From Octopus sinensis (Eukaryota): a stretch of 64,000 nt of DNA. Below the pieces are notes generated by a model. The model was not told the DNA's origin. It saw only the letters and a program-made list of their open reading frames with translations, and ran no database searches. A program made the translations under genes and the position numbers. Location: the NCBI RefSeq assembly GCF_006345805.1, contig NC_043019.1:12213360-12277359 (forward strand), read 5' to 3'. Of the stretch, positions 51,760 through 64,000 are shown piece by piece; position 1 is the first letter of the stretch, and each line of letters starts with the position of its first letter.

Positions 51760-53106
51760 ATCCCAATGATAAGAAAATCTTCCTCAACATTGGGGTTCAG
51801 CTTGATGAAATACTCTAACTTATTAATTTCTGGTTGTTATCTTTTTAAAAAAAAAAAAATTTATCATTTCAATTCTTAAAGAGATCAGAAATTTCAAATC
51901 CTTCCGTATGCTTCCCCACCTTCAGCATCCACTCCATGACTTTTGGCCTATATTTTGGCAGTGTTTTCTTTCTCTCTTCTCTTTTTTTTCTCTCACATAT
52001 TTTGTTCACATTTTTTTCCTCTCTTTCCTTTAAGTACGTATGTAATAAGTTTTTGCCATCTGCAAGTGCTTGAACATTCAACACTGCATTTCTCACGCTA
52101 TTTCAGATCATATCTAATTCTGTTGCTGATTTCAGTCGGTGAGTGAACTGTGGCCATACAGGATCACTTCTTCTTTTAAGAGTTTAAGTCAATCAAATCG
52201 ACACGAGTGCTTATCTGGTAATGGTAAAGACCCCCTTCGGTCATGAATGACCATGGTATTGCACCAGGAAAGTTACTCTCTGAGGTACAAGTCTGGGCAA
52301 GGTTGTTTATGGAAGGCCAACAGCCGCCCATGCATACCAGCCTTCCCTCTCCACGCCACTGATGTTATCCAAGGGAAAGGCAAAGGGGCCGATACAGCTT
52401 GGCACCAGTGACATCGCAACTCATTTCTGTAGAGGAGTGAAATGGAGCAACGTGAAATAATGAGTCTTGCTCAAGAACACAACAAACAACCTGGTCCGGG
52501 TATTGAACTCACAAACTCATGATTGTGAGCTTGACTCTCTAACCACTGAGCTTATCCACTGATCTCCAGCAAATGGTTATATTTTACCTTTATGACATAA
52601 AGAAACAACTCCTCATATATACATGCATGCTTGTATGTGCAAATCTCAATCTGAGTTCCTGATTTGAAGACACCTTCCAAATTGCCTTGCAGTTGGGTTT
52701 GAACCCTGGAACTATATGCTTGTGAAATGAACTTCTTGACTATACAGCTTTGTCTACATCTGTCTATCATCCTCATCCTCATTTAATACCCATATATATA
52801 TATATCTCACCGTGACCGACCAGGCTATCAGATGTTGCTACACATCGCTGGTCACAATGCGCTTCACATTGTTTTAGCCTTCAAATGACACCACCCTGTT
52901 GGCTAAGCGAGCAGGCCAACAGAAGAAAGAGTGAGAGGAAGTTGTGGCAAAAGAGTACAGCAGGGTTCGCCACCACCCCCTGCCGGAGCCTCGTGGAGCT
53001 TTAGGTGTTTTCGCTCAATAAACACTCACAACGCTCGGCCTGGGAATCGAAACCGCAATCCTACGACCGCGAGTCCGCTGTCCTAACCACTGGGCCATTG
53101 CGCCTC

Positions 53107-53142
<36 letters not shown>

Positions 53143-53460
53143 GATGTTACAGCTGGCTGCCCTTCCTATTGCCAACCACTGTATAGTGTGTAATGGGTGT
53201 AATTTCTCATGATACTAGCACAAGAGAGGTTGGATGGTCCTTGGTAAGACAAGACCTCGTAACCGCTTCACTTCCTCTACTCTTTGACCAACCACTGTAC
53301 CAGTGGTAACTATGTGGTAGTGGTAGTAGTGGGTCTTTGTGTGCGGTAGGTGTAGATTTGGAAAGGGGACAATGGTGACCGAAAGGCTAAGAATGGTTAT
53401 TTGAGAACTGGGGATACGGGAATATATGTGGGTATACATATCTCTCTCTCTCTCTATCCG

Positions 53461-53750
53461 CTCAGTCAAAGTCAACACTCGGTCACTCGTTGGATCAGTG
53501 ACCTCCAGTCAGTTCTATCCTGGGCCGCTTCCTTCAGACTGGCCATGTCCATTCCGGTATCACTCCTGATGGTGTCAAGCCAGCGGATTCTTGGTCGGCC
53601 TCTTCCTCTCTTGCCACTGACCATTCCAAGCATGATGTCCTTCTCCAGGGATTCTCTCCGCATAATATGACCGAAATATGCCAATCTACGCTTGGCGATC
53701 CCAGCTTCTAGCGACATTTTCGGCCTTATCTGCTTAAGAACTTCTCCATT
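53461..53750 (-). mobile_element. RTE/BovB-like LINE 3' end
   Basis: NGEVLKQIRPKMSLEAGIAKRRLAYFGHIMRRESLEKDIMLGMVSGKRGRGRPRIRWLDTIRSDTGMDMASLKEAAQDRTDWRSLIQRVTEC*. Confidence 0.9.
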
Positions 53751-54333
53751 GATGTTATATTCTCTGGAAATAATGGGTGTGACATTATAGTTTCCTTCTT
53801 GGCACATTTTCAGTTCAGTTTGTTGCTTTCTACTGCATCATTCTTCCTTTCTCTCAGTCTCTCTCTCTTTCACACACTTCCCTGCTTTCTCTCTTAGACA
53901 CACCCTCTCTCTCTTTCTCTCTATTTGTCTATCTTACTACCTGTATTTTTAGCTTGGCACACTGGTGCTGCAGGAATTTTATGTTGAGCTGCTGCAGGTT
54001 TAAACAAACGGTGGCATCGGTTGGAATGCATTCTCCTCACCCCAAAAAATAACAAAATAATTCCAGCTATTTATCAACCACCACCTCTCATATATTACAA
54101 ATTTACAGCATGCATGTACACAACATGCATACATGTATGCACATTCACAACACACAACATGCAGATCTGCAACACTTGTGATGCACATGCACAATATATA
54201 ACATGCATGTTCAGAACGCTCACAAACATCTACATGTGCATTTACGTCACTCATGCACATCTACAACACACCATGTATGCAGACATCCACACTTCAAAAC
54301 GAACCCAGGTATATATATATATATGTGTATATA

Positions 54334-54376
<43 letters not shown>

Positions 54377-55084
54377 TATATGTGTGTATATATATATATG
54401 TGTGTATATAGATGTATATATATATATCGTGACCACGTGACTGACCAGGCTATCTGATGTTGCTACACATCGCTGGTCACAATGCGCTTCACATTGTTTT
54501 AGCCTCCAAATGACGCCACCCCGCTGGCTAAGCGGGCAGGCCTACAGAAGGAAGAGTGAGAGAAAGTTGTGGCGAAAGAGTACAGCAGGGATCGCTACCA
54601 CTCCCTGCTGGAGCCTTGTGGAGCTTTAGGTGTTTTCGCTCAATAAACACTCACAATGCCCGGTCTGGGAATCGAAACCACGATCCTACAACCACAAGTC
54701 CGTTCCCCTAACCACTGGGCCATTGCGCCTCCACACACACACACATATATATATCCACACACTTCTACATGTGCATATTCACCATGTATGCACACACACA
54801 CAAGCTCATCTATACACATGCTTAGTGTGTGTGTGTGTGTGTGGATATGTAGATGTTTGCATGTTGATGTAAGGATGTAAACATGCATATGGTTTTCTGT
54901 AATATACACAAATTGCATGTGTAAATGTGTGCATGTGGAAACATGAGTGTGTGTGTGTGTATGTACATGTTAATAGATGTGTGTATGTGTATGCTTATGT
55001 GCATGTAGATTAACTGGGCCTGTATTCGTGTACACCACATGCATAGAAAAACATCCTTACTCTGATGCATTAAGTCTAAAACCA

Positions 55085-55540
55085 CAAAACAAACAGCAAT
55101 TCTTTCTTAATTTGGCTCTAGACCAGCAATTTTGAGTGGTAGGGAAGTCGATTACATCAATTCCAGCGCTCAACTGGTACTTATTTGATTGGAAAATATA
55201 AACGGCAAAGTTGACCTTGGTAGAATTTGAACTCAAAATGTAAGGACTCACAAAATGCAGTGAAGCATTTCATCTGGGTTGCTAATGATTCTGCCAGCTT
55301 GCTACATTGATAACAAAAATGATAATCCTTTCCACTATAGGCACAGAGTCTGAAATTTTGTGGGGAGGGGCTAAATCGATTACAGTTACCCCCAGTGCTT
55401 CACTGGTACCTTTTTCATTGATCCCGAAAGGAGAAGCCCGGCAAAGCCAACCTCGACAGAATTTGAACTCAGACCGTAAAGACAGAAAAAGTGCTTAGCT
55501 GCATTTTGTCTGGCGTGCTAATGATTCTGCCAACTTACTG

Positions 55541-55574
<34 letters not shown>

Positions 55575-56390
55575 CCTTTCTATTCTATGCACAAGGCCTG
55601 GAATTTTGAGGGTAGGAGGCTAGTTTGATTATATCGAGCCCCAGTACACAACTGGCACTCAACTTATTGATCATGAAAGGATGAAAGACAAAGTCGATCC
55701 CATTGGAATTTGAACTCAAAACATAACGATAGATGAAATGTATTTCTTTATTGCTTACAAGGGGCTGAACATAGAGGGGACAAACAAGGACAGACAAAGG
55801 GATTAAGTCGATTACATTGACCCCAGTGCGTAACTGGTACTTATTTAATCGACACCGAAAGGATGAAAGGCAAAGTCAACCTCGGCGGAGTTTGAACTCA
55901 GAACGTAACGGCAGGTGAAATAGCGCTAAGCGTTTTGCCCGGTGTGCCTCTACTGGAAGTACAAGGCCTCAAATTAGTGGGGAGGGAACTAGTTGATCAC
56001 ATAGACCCTTATTGACCCCGAAAGGATGAAAGGCAAAGTCGACCTCAATGGAATTTGAACTCAGAATATAGCAACAGGTGAAATGCCACTTAGCATTTTG
56101 CCCAGCACGCTAACGATTCTGCCAGCTTGCCACCTTAATAATAATAATAATAATAATAATAGTAATAATCTTTTCTACTGTATGCATGACCTGAAATTTC
56201 TGGGGGTAGGAAGCTAGTTGATTACATCGACGCCCACTACATAATTGGTACTTATTTAATCGACCCCGAAAGGATGAAAAGTAAAGTCTTCCTTGGCAGA
56301 ATTTGAACTCTGAATGTAAAGATGGGACGAAATGCTGCCAAGTGTTTTTGTCCAGCGTGCTGACACTTCCGCCAGCTTGCAGCCCTCACC
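55085..56390 (-). mobile_element. Largest family A SINE array (about 6 copies, same orientation, (TAA)n linkers)
   Basis: Recurring gaaaggatgaaaggcaaagtc...gaatttgaactcag units, with TAA tracts at ~55545 and ~56135. Confidence 0.85.
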
Positions 56391-59300
56391 AAATAAACAG
56401 CAATAGAGAGAATGTAAACAAACGAAGGAGAAGTAAACTGAACAACTGTGAATGTTGATCATTCTTGCAATCTTATGCTGAAGGGTGGCTGGGTGGGTAG
56501 GCAGCAATATTGGTGGTGGTGGTGGTGGTGGTGTTGGTGGGTAAGAGATGTGAATATTTGGCTCATATCTGTGTTGTAGTAATAAACTCTATGGGTGCAG
56601 CAGAAGCACCACCTCCTTCTCCTCTATCACCCCCACCATCATCACTACTGTCTTGGCAACAATAGCATCATCGTCGTTGTCATCATCATCACGACTTCCA
56701 TCATCATTGTTACTATTACCATCACTATCACCACCACCATCATCTTCATCATCATGGGCTTCCTCCATCATTCAACCACGGGCCCTATGTAGAAAATGGT
56801 TGCTTGCACGATGGACAACATAGAAAGGACTGAAGCCCTCATCAACTTCTCCAAATTTATTTAAAGAGCAGGAAGGTGGTGAGTGAATGGTGCTACCCTC
56901 CAGTAAATATGCTGAAAGGTGGGTAAGAGTGACAAATATGGCCTGAGTGAATATTCCTGCGCTCTGTATTATGCTTATTGGTTGGGAAATAGTTGAGAGA
57001 GAGAGAGAGGACACTTCCACTTGACAGTATAGGTTATCCATTGCTTGTGGAGGCAGGGGTCACCTGATTGACCCCATGGGAATGCTTCATTATGAAATTT
57101 CATGCCATATACACTTGTATTGTTGTCATTTCCTGTCTTTCTTCTGTATTCAATTCAAACCCCAACAGTTTTGTAACATGTTCTTATATTATGATATGCC
57201 CTCATCTGTCGGTCTTTGAACAATAAGAAAGAAAAGCTTATTATTATTATTATTATTATTATGGTGGCGAGCTGGCAGAATCGTTAGCACGCTAGATGAA
57301 ATGATTGGCATTATTTCACCTGTCTTTATGGTCTGAGTTCAAATTCTGCCGAGGTCACCTTTGTCTTTCATCCTTTCGGGGTTTATAAATTAAGTTCCAA
57401 TGAAACACTGGGATTGATGTAATTGACTAGTCCTCTCCCCACCAAATTTCAGCCCTTGTGCCCATAGTAGAAAGGATTATTATTATTACTATTATTATTT
57501 AGGTGGCGAGCTGACACAATCGTTAGCAAGGCTGGACAAAATGCTTGGTGGCAATTCGCCAAGCTTTACGTTCTGAGTTCAAATTTTGCTAAGATCAGGT
57601 GCAGGAATGGCTGTGTGGTAAGTAGCTTGCTTACCAACCACATCGTTCCGGGCTCAGTCCCACTGCGTGGCACCTTGGGCAGGTGTCTTCTACTATAGCC
57701 TCACGCCAACCAAAGCCTTGTGAATGGATTTGGCAGACGGAAACTGAAAAGAAGCCCGTCGTATATATGTATATATATATATGTGTGTGTCTGTGTTTGT
57801 CCCCCCAACATCGCTTGACAACTGATGCTGGTGTGTTTACGTCCCCGTAACTTAGCAGTTTGGCAAAAGAGACCGATAGAATAAGTACTAGGCTTACAAA
57901 GAATAAGTTCCGGGGTCGATTTGCTCGGCTAAAGGCGGTGCTCTAGTATGGCCACAGTCAAATGACTGAAACAAGTAAAAGAGCAAAGAGAATATCAACT
58001 TTGTCTTTCATCTTTTGGAGGTTGATAAAACCAGTCCAGCACCAGGGTAGATGTAATCAGCTGGTCCCCTCCCCTCCAATCTGTCGGACCTTGTGCCTAT
58101 AGTAAAGATTATTATTACACATTATCAACGTCATCGTTAATTCTACTACATCATAAGCAACAGTGTCATCGTCATCACTTCCACGACATCAACAATAGCA
58201 TCATCACCACCAGCTTTTTCTTCTCTTCATCATCCTCTCCTCCACGTCATCTTTCAGCAGCAACACCGATTGCATACCCCGCCCCCCCCACCACCACACC
58301 CACAAACACACCACTCGTTTGTCAGCATCATCAGCATCAGCATCATCAGCATCATCATCATCATCACCAATAACAACAACTGTTATTAAGAAACAGAAAA
58401 CAAAAAAAAAATAAAATAAAACACATTGAACCAAAATGAAGGTAGAAACTTAATCTTTGTGCCGTTACCAAGAGAAATGTCTTGTGCAAAAAAGACCTTG
58501 AAAAAAATCCTGCACTGTTGCAAAAAAAATAAACACTTAATGTAAATATAACTGCATCATCATCATCATCATCACTACCACCATTTCCATCATCATCATC
58601 ATCATCAGTGACACTGTTATCTTTTATGCTGTATTTTTCTTTGATTTATTGTGCAGGTATAATTTAGACATCCTATCTAAATTGTAGTTTTGTTTTAAAA
58701 CTTGTACTGATATCAGCTAACTCATTCATACATCATCATCATCATCGTTTAACATCCGCTTTCCATGCTAGCATGGGTTGGACGATTTCGACTGAGGACT
58801 GGCGAGCCAGATGGCTGCACCAGGCTCAAATCTTGATCTGGCAGAGTTTCTACAGCTGGATGCCCTTCATACAGTCATAGAAATTGTTGACTCTAGATGT
58901 ATTGGATTACATTTAAATAGCATGTGTGTCCATAGGAAACATGAGCTGATTACTAAACTTATGGTTAGAGTGTTGACCTTACGATCGTGAGGTTGTGAGT
59001 TTGATTCCTGGACTGGGTTGTATGTTGTGTTCTTGAGCAGGGCACTTTATTTCACATTGCTCCATGGAAATGAATTGCAATGTCACTGGTGTCAAACTGT
59101 ATCGGCCTCTGCCTTTCCCTTGGATAACATCAATGAAGTGGAGAGGGAGCGCTGGTATGCATGGGTGATTGCTGGTCTTCTATAAACAACCTTACCCAGA
59201 ATTGTTTCCTAGGAAGGGAATGTTCTAGGTGCAAACTTGTTGTCATTCATTTATGTAAGTAATATGTGCACATAGGAAACGTGTGTCTGTAGGAAGGATG

Positions 59301-60114
59301 GGTGAATGGTAAGCATGTGCCCATAGGAAATATGGGCATATTGTGAGTGTGGTTACATAGATCATCATCATCATCGCTTAACGTCCGCTTTCCATGCTAG
59401 CATGGGTTGGACGATTTTGACTGAGGACTGGCGAGCCAGATGGCTGCACCAGGCTCCAATCTTGATTTGGCAAAGTTTCTACAGCTGGATGCCCTTCCTA
59501 ACGCCAACCACTCTGAGTGTGTAGTGGGTGCTTTTTAAGTGCCACCGGCACGTTATGTAGGCACATAATGTGGGCACACAATAAGAATGGGTATATACTG
59601 TGTGCACATAGTGTGGGCCTACAGTAAGCATGAACAAACAGTAAACCTGAGCATATAGCATAGGCACACAGTTATAGTGTGTACATAGGAAACCCATGTA
59701 TGCTAGTGAGTATGGGTACTTAGTCAACATGGGCACACAGTGAGCGTAGGCACATAGTGTGGGCACTTAGCAAGTAGATCTCTGTTGCTTTTAATGATGC
59801 ACATTCAGCTGTTTGATCAACTGAGCTCCTCGTTCATTGAATTAGCATGTAAACGGTTGAGTATTCCACAACACTTGTGCAGTGTATTGATACAAGGTCA
59901 GGCCCTTGAATTATGAGTTTGTGTGTGTGTATTAGCCTTGTCTAAACATTACATGATTGTTGTAAACAAGCATCATCATTTCCAGTCTTGCATGAAAACA
60001 GGATTACTTTGAAACATGTGAGGGTTAGTGACAGGAAGGACACCCTGCCGTAAAAGAACTGCTTCAGCATATTGTCTGGCAAATGTGGGAATGGAAAAGT
60101 GGGTGTTAAATGAT

Positions 60115-60147
<33 letters not shown>

Positions 60148-60309
60148 TACACAATAATAACAATTATCCTAGGATGGAATTTATAAACATTTTATTCATC
60201 GCTTCACGTGTTTCCACAAATCATATGACATCATTAGATGGTGGGTAGCATAATGGAATAGGAGCTTCATTTGCATATTCAAAACATTACCATAAACAAT
60301 TTTTGAAAG

Positions 60310-60347
<38 letters not shown>

Positions 60348-60621
60348 TTTTACTACTATGACCAATGGTCTACGCTATTACGGCCAACGGTCATTTTCAC
60401 GATTACAGCCCACAATTCTAGTCAACGCACAAGACAGCCATTATGCCACCCCCACCTCCCACACAAAACATCACCATGTGGACTCTGTTGAGATTAGTAA
60501 GAAACAATTATGAACTTTTTTTTATTGCACTTAACTTTTAAAAATATTTTTGATAAGGTTCGTTTTTTCAAGAAGAACCAAAACATGTAAAATTTATCTT
60601 ATATAGTGGCGTTTTCAACCT

Positions 60622-60664
<43 letters not shown>

Positions 60665-60714
60665 ATGTATCATATGCTTTGTTATGTTGATGACACAACA
60701 AGAGTCTTCATGAT

Positions 60715-60990
60715 GAAGCATCACTTCATTCTGACTTTCTCATCGTGTTTCCTTGCCAGAAATATTGGGATGGTTTCCCATTGCCATCCCTGACAGGATG
60801 GCCATTATTGATCCACAAGAAGTCCATCCGTCCTTCAACAGGTCCTTTCAGTCGTGGTTGTCTGTCCAGACACATTCCTCTCAAGTGGGGGAACTGGTTT
60901 AGTTGCCAACCACTCAACCATGGAACAGGTAGTACTGGTTTAACTGGTACCAGTAGCAGGTTTCATCAGCCTGTGATGAGATCCCCTGAC
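60715..60990 (-). mobile_element. RTE 5'UTR-like fragment
   Basis: Minus-strand ggcaatgggaaaccatcccaatatttctggcaagg resembles the RTE/Bov-A gaaatggcaacccactccagtattcttgcc hairpin motif (recalled). Confidence 0.45.
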
Positions 60991-61275
60991 CTGACCTAGT
61001 GTGCATAGATTGAGGCCATGCTGGGGCACTGCCTACTCACACTCACACGCACATGTATGGACTGTTGATTATTTTTCCTACTTTGAACTTTCCGATGAAG
61101 AGCTATGCTCGAAACATCAGAAACTCTCTCTTCTTACCGAGCTCAAACTAATACATTCCATGTACACATCCTCTTATTGTTTGTTATTATTTCTGATGGT
61201 CATTCATTCTATTTGACTATATATATATTACAAAACAGGAAAATAGGAATTTTTTGGTATTATTATTTATTCTCC

Positions 61276-61666
61276 ACTAGCAGCATAGCCCGGCGTTGCA
61301 AGACCCCTAGTAGGCAGCGACTAATCCCAATCTAGTTTTTTCCCTCTGGGGAACGAAGGCGCATGTGTAGGTTGCAATGTCTTCTCTTCTCTCGAATACT
61401 TCTATGTATACGATGTTCCTAGCTGTCTCCCGACAGAAAATGTGTTGCATATAAAAAGCTTAGATTCTCGACCCCATGTCGAATTTATCGATTTTTTTCA
61501 GAACTGGGGGAACCTTTCAAAATTTTCGCTGCGTTAGTTTTGAATTATGACATTGGGCTATGTGTGTGTCAAGTTTCATCAGAATCGGTTGAAAGCCGTG
61601 GTCAGGGTGAGGGTACAACCTGACAGACACACAGACAGACAAACTGCCGTTTATATATAGAGAGAT
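61276..61666 (+). mobile_element. Helitron-like non-autonomous element (Lep1/DINE-type architecture)
   Basis: Starts actagcagcatagcccggcgttgc and ends caagtttcatcagaatcggttgaaagccg...gacagacaaactgccgtttatatatagagagat. Confidence 0.6.
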
Positions 61667-62638
61667 TACATGTATTCCATTTGCTAATAAGAATTGCAAA
61701 GATTTACACATTATATATATAATATTTCCATAATTCTCAATTTTCTATGTTTTGATTTACTTACAACAACATATTAATTATCAAATGGAATTAGCAGATG
61801 TGCTTCAAGAAGAAACAGCTGGGATTTACCCTGACCACCTATATATATTTTGTTTGTGTGTGTACATATATTGTGTGTGCGCACACACATGTATATATAT
61901 ATGTGTGTATGTGTATATATATATATTTACATACACACATATACAAGCATGGAGAACGGACGTTAAATGATGATGATGATGATTAAATATATATATATAT
62001 ATACTCTTGTTTCGGTCATTTGACTGTGGCCATGCTGGAGCACCGCCTTTAATTGAGCAAATCGACCCCAGGACTTATTCTTTGTAAGCCTAGTACTTAT
62101 TCTATCGGTCTCTTTTGCTGAACTGCTAAGTTACAGGGACGTAAACACACCGGTATCGGTTGTCAAGCAATGTTGGGGGGGGGGCACAAACACAGACATA
62201 CAAACATATACACACACACACATAAATATATATACATATATACGACAGGCCTCTTTCAGTTTCTGTCTACCAAATCCACTCACAAGGCTTTGGTCAGCCC
62301 AAGGCTATAGTAGAAGACACTTGCCCAAGGTGCCATGCAGTGGAACTGAACCCGGAACCATGTGGCTAGTTAGCAAGCTACTTACCACACAGCCACTCCT
62401 ATGCCTATATATATATGTGTATGAAACATCATGTTAATTGTCCACTCTTGCATAGTCTGGACAGGTGTTCTCTATCATAGCATCTCCTCATTTGTTGCAG
62501 TACTTTATCATCTCATTTGTAGGGTTTAACCCCTCTTGAGATCAGCCATCATATTATCTTCCAGTCTTCCTTTTCCACAGGTTCTTCTCATTTATGTTGT
62601 TCAGTATTTCTTCCCCCTAACTTGTCAACCTTTCACAG

Positions 62639-62733
62639 GGGTCACCTGTCTGCAGAATATGATAATTGGTACAGCAGTATGGATGCTGATGGTTTCACAT
62701 GGCTCACTGGACTTTCAGCCTGTTTTGGTGATG
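62639..62733 (+). CDS. Candidate coding exon of an unidentified gene
   Basis: Branch-like cctaac plus ctttcacag acceptor; open frame GHLSAEYDNWYSSMDADGFTWLTGLSACFGD in unique sequence; weak donor G|GTACTT. Confidence 0.4.
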
Positions 62734-63969
62734 GTACTTCTTGGAACTGGAGGCAAATGACCCACACCCACACATTCACGCACACGCAGAAATATAGACA
62801 GACATACAGACAGAAAGAGCAAGCGAGCATGACATTACAATTTATTAACTGAACCTGATTGATATAAACGCTTTTCCACTCCTCATACAGAGAGAGAGAG
62901 AGAGAGTGAAGAGGAGGAGGTGGAGGAGGAGGAGGGAGTCACATTACACATAGAAACATAACTAGGTTCTTACACACACACAAACAGAGGAAAGAGAGAG
63001 AAAGAGTGATTACAATTTTTTAAATAGGACATGGTTGACACAAATACTTTCCAGCTACTTCTACACATAGACTGAGAGAGGAGGAGAGAGACGCTCATAT
63101 ACACATTATACATGCAAGCACAATTAGTCCCTCACACAGAGACAGAGGGAGGGCAAGTGAGAGAGAGACGTTCCAATTTATTAATTTAACATTGTTGACA
63201 TATTTTCCCTTTTCGTACACATAAAGAGAAATATATCGACACACAGAAACAGAGAGAGTGAGAAAAATGAAACATTGAAACGTCTGGTGTCAAATAAGTC
63301 ATCATCAACTCAGCAATAGCTAAGAGGCAGTGCCGAAACGGCTGTGCTGAAATGGCTGTGCTGGAATGTCTTGCACCCACCTATCTGTATTAGTGCAGTT
63401 TTCTCTCTTTTACTTTACATCTGATTTCTTTTCTGTCCAGTTTCCTGCTTAACTCATTTCTGCTGTCATTAATGCACATTAACTCTTTTGACACCCGGCT
63501 GAAACTGCCTCTAGCTCTGTAGTACAAAATGTCTCGTTTTCAAGAGTTCTGAATTAAAATCTTCCACCAAACCTCAGTCACAATTTATGTTCCTAACACT
63601 AGCTTAATGATAACTAGGTTATTTTACTAAATTCTTTGTTATATTTAAAATGAATCGAAAGAAACACAGAACATCTCAACAGAAATATGGTAACAAAAGG
63701 GCTGACCATTTAGCATTTAAGCTGGCCATATCCGGTCTAAATACCCCACCTGCTTTGTGTTCAAACTGACCAGATCCAGCCTCTCACACCTACCCCACAA
63801 TGTCATTCTAAAAGCATGTAACCACACCATCCAAATCTCAAGCTATGGGGTAATGCATGATTAATTCAAAACACTGTGGATAAAGGAGGATTATATTTGA
63901 TAGAGTAATTCAAATTTTAAAAGATTGAATATTACAAATCCTGCAGAATTTTTTTTCCAAACTTTGCAG

Positions 63970-64000
63970 GTCATTCTCATCCAGTGCCCATGTTTCACTA
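63970..64000 (+). CDS. Candidate next exon (runs off window)
   Basis: ttttttttccaaactttgcag acceptor; phase-compatible with 62733, giving (G)HSHPVPMFH. Confidence 0.3.

Noticed and set aside
56590-56800. His/Ser/Pro-rich frames here and at 58141-58412
   Set aside because: Degenerate (CAT/CAC)n low-complexity sequence, with stops and no convincing splice sites.

Overview
AT-rich animal genomic DNA dominated by microsatellites and SINEs. The repeat families look like those of an octopus or other coleoid cephalopod; this is inferred from recalled repeat sequences, not from a search. One protein-coding gene is firmly identifiable: the 5' part of PRKCSH (glucosidase II beta subunit) on the minus strand. 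It has five coding exons (5064-4977, 3168-3049, 2272-2177, 1062-1005, 116-<1) that splice in frame with canonical GT-AG sites, and it runs off the left edge. The remaining ~58 kb is mostly tRNA-derived SINEs, which I label A-D, plus an RTE-like non-autonomous element (E). It also holds decayed non-LTR retrotransposon 3' ends (three RTE-like, one R4/Dong-like), a mariner transposase remnant, MITEs (Tc1-, hAT-, piggyBac-, Merlin- and Helitron-like) and simple repeats. Nearly all ORFs in the supplied track are microsatellite or antisense-repeat artefacts. The most notable observations are: three Penelope-type minimal hammerhead-ribozyme-like motifs that all carry a U4C core variant; one SINE head/body carrying four different 3' tails; an R4/Dong-like element sitting in a SINE's TAA tail; two Merlin-like MITEs with different TIRs but a shared core; and candidate exons and promoters of unidentified genes. 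There is no CRISPR array, rRNA or bona fide tRNA gene, and I cannot support a claim of a wholly new biological system.
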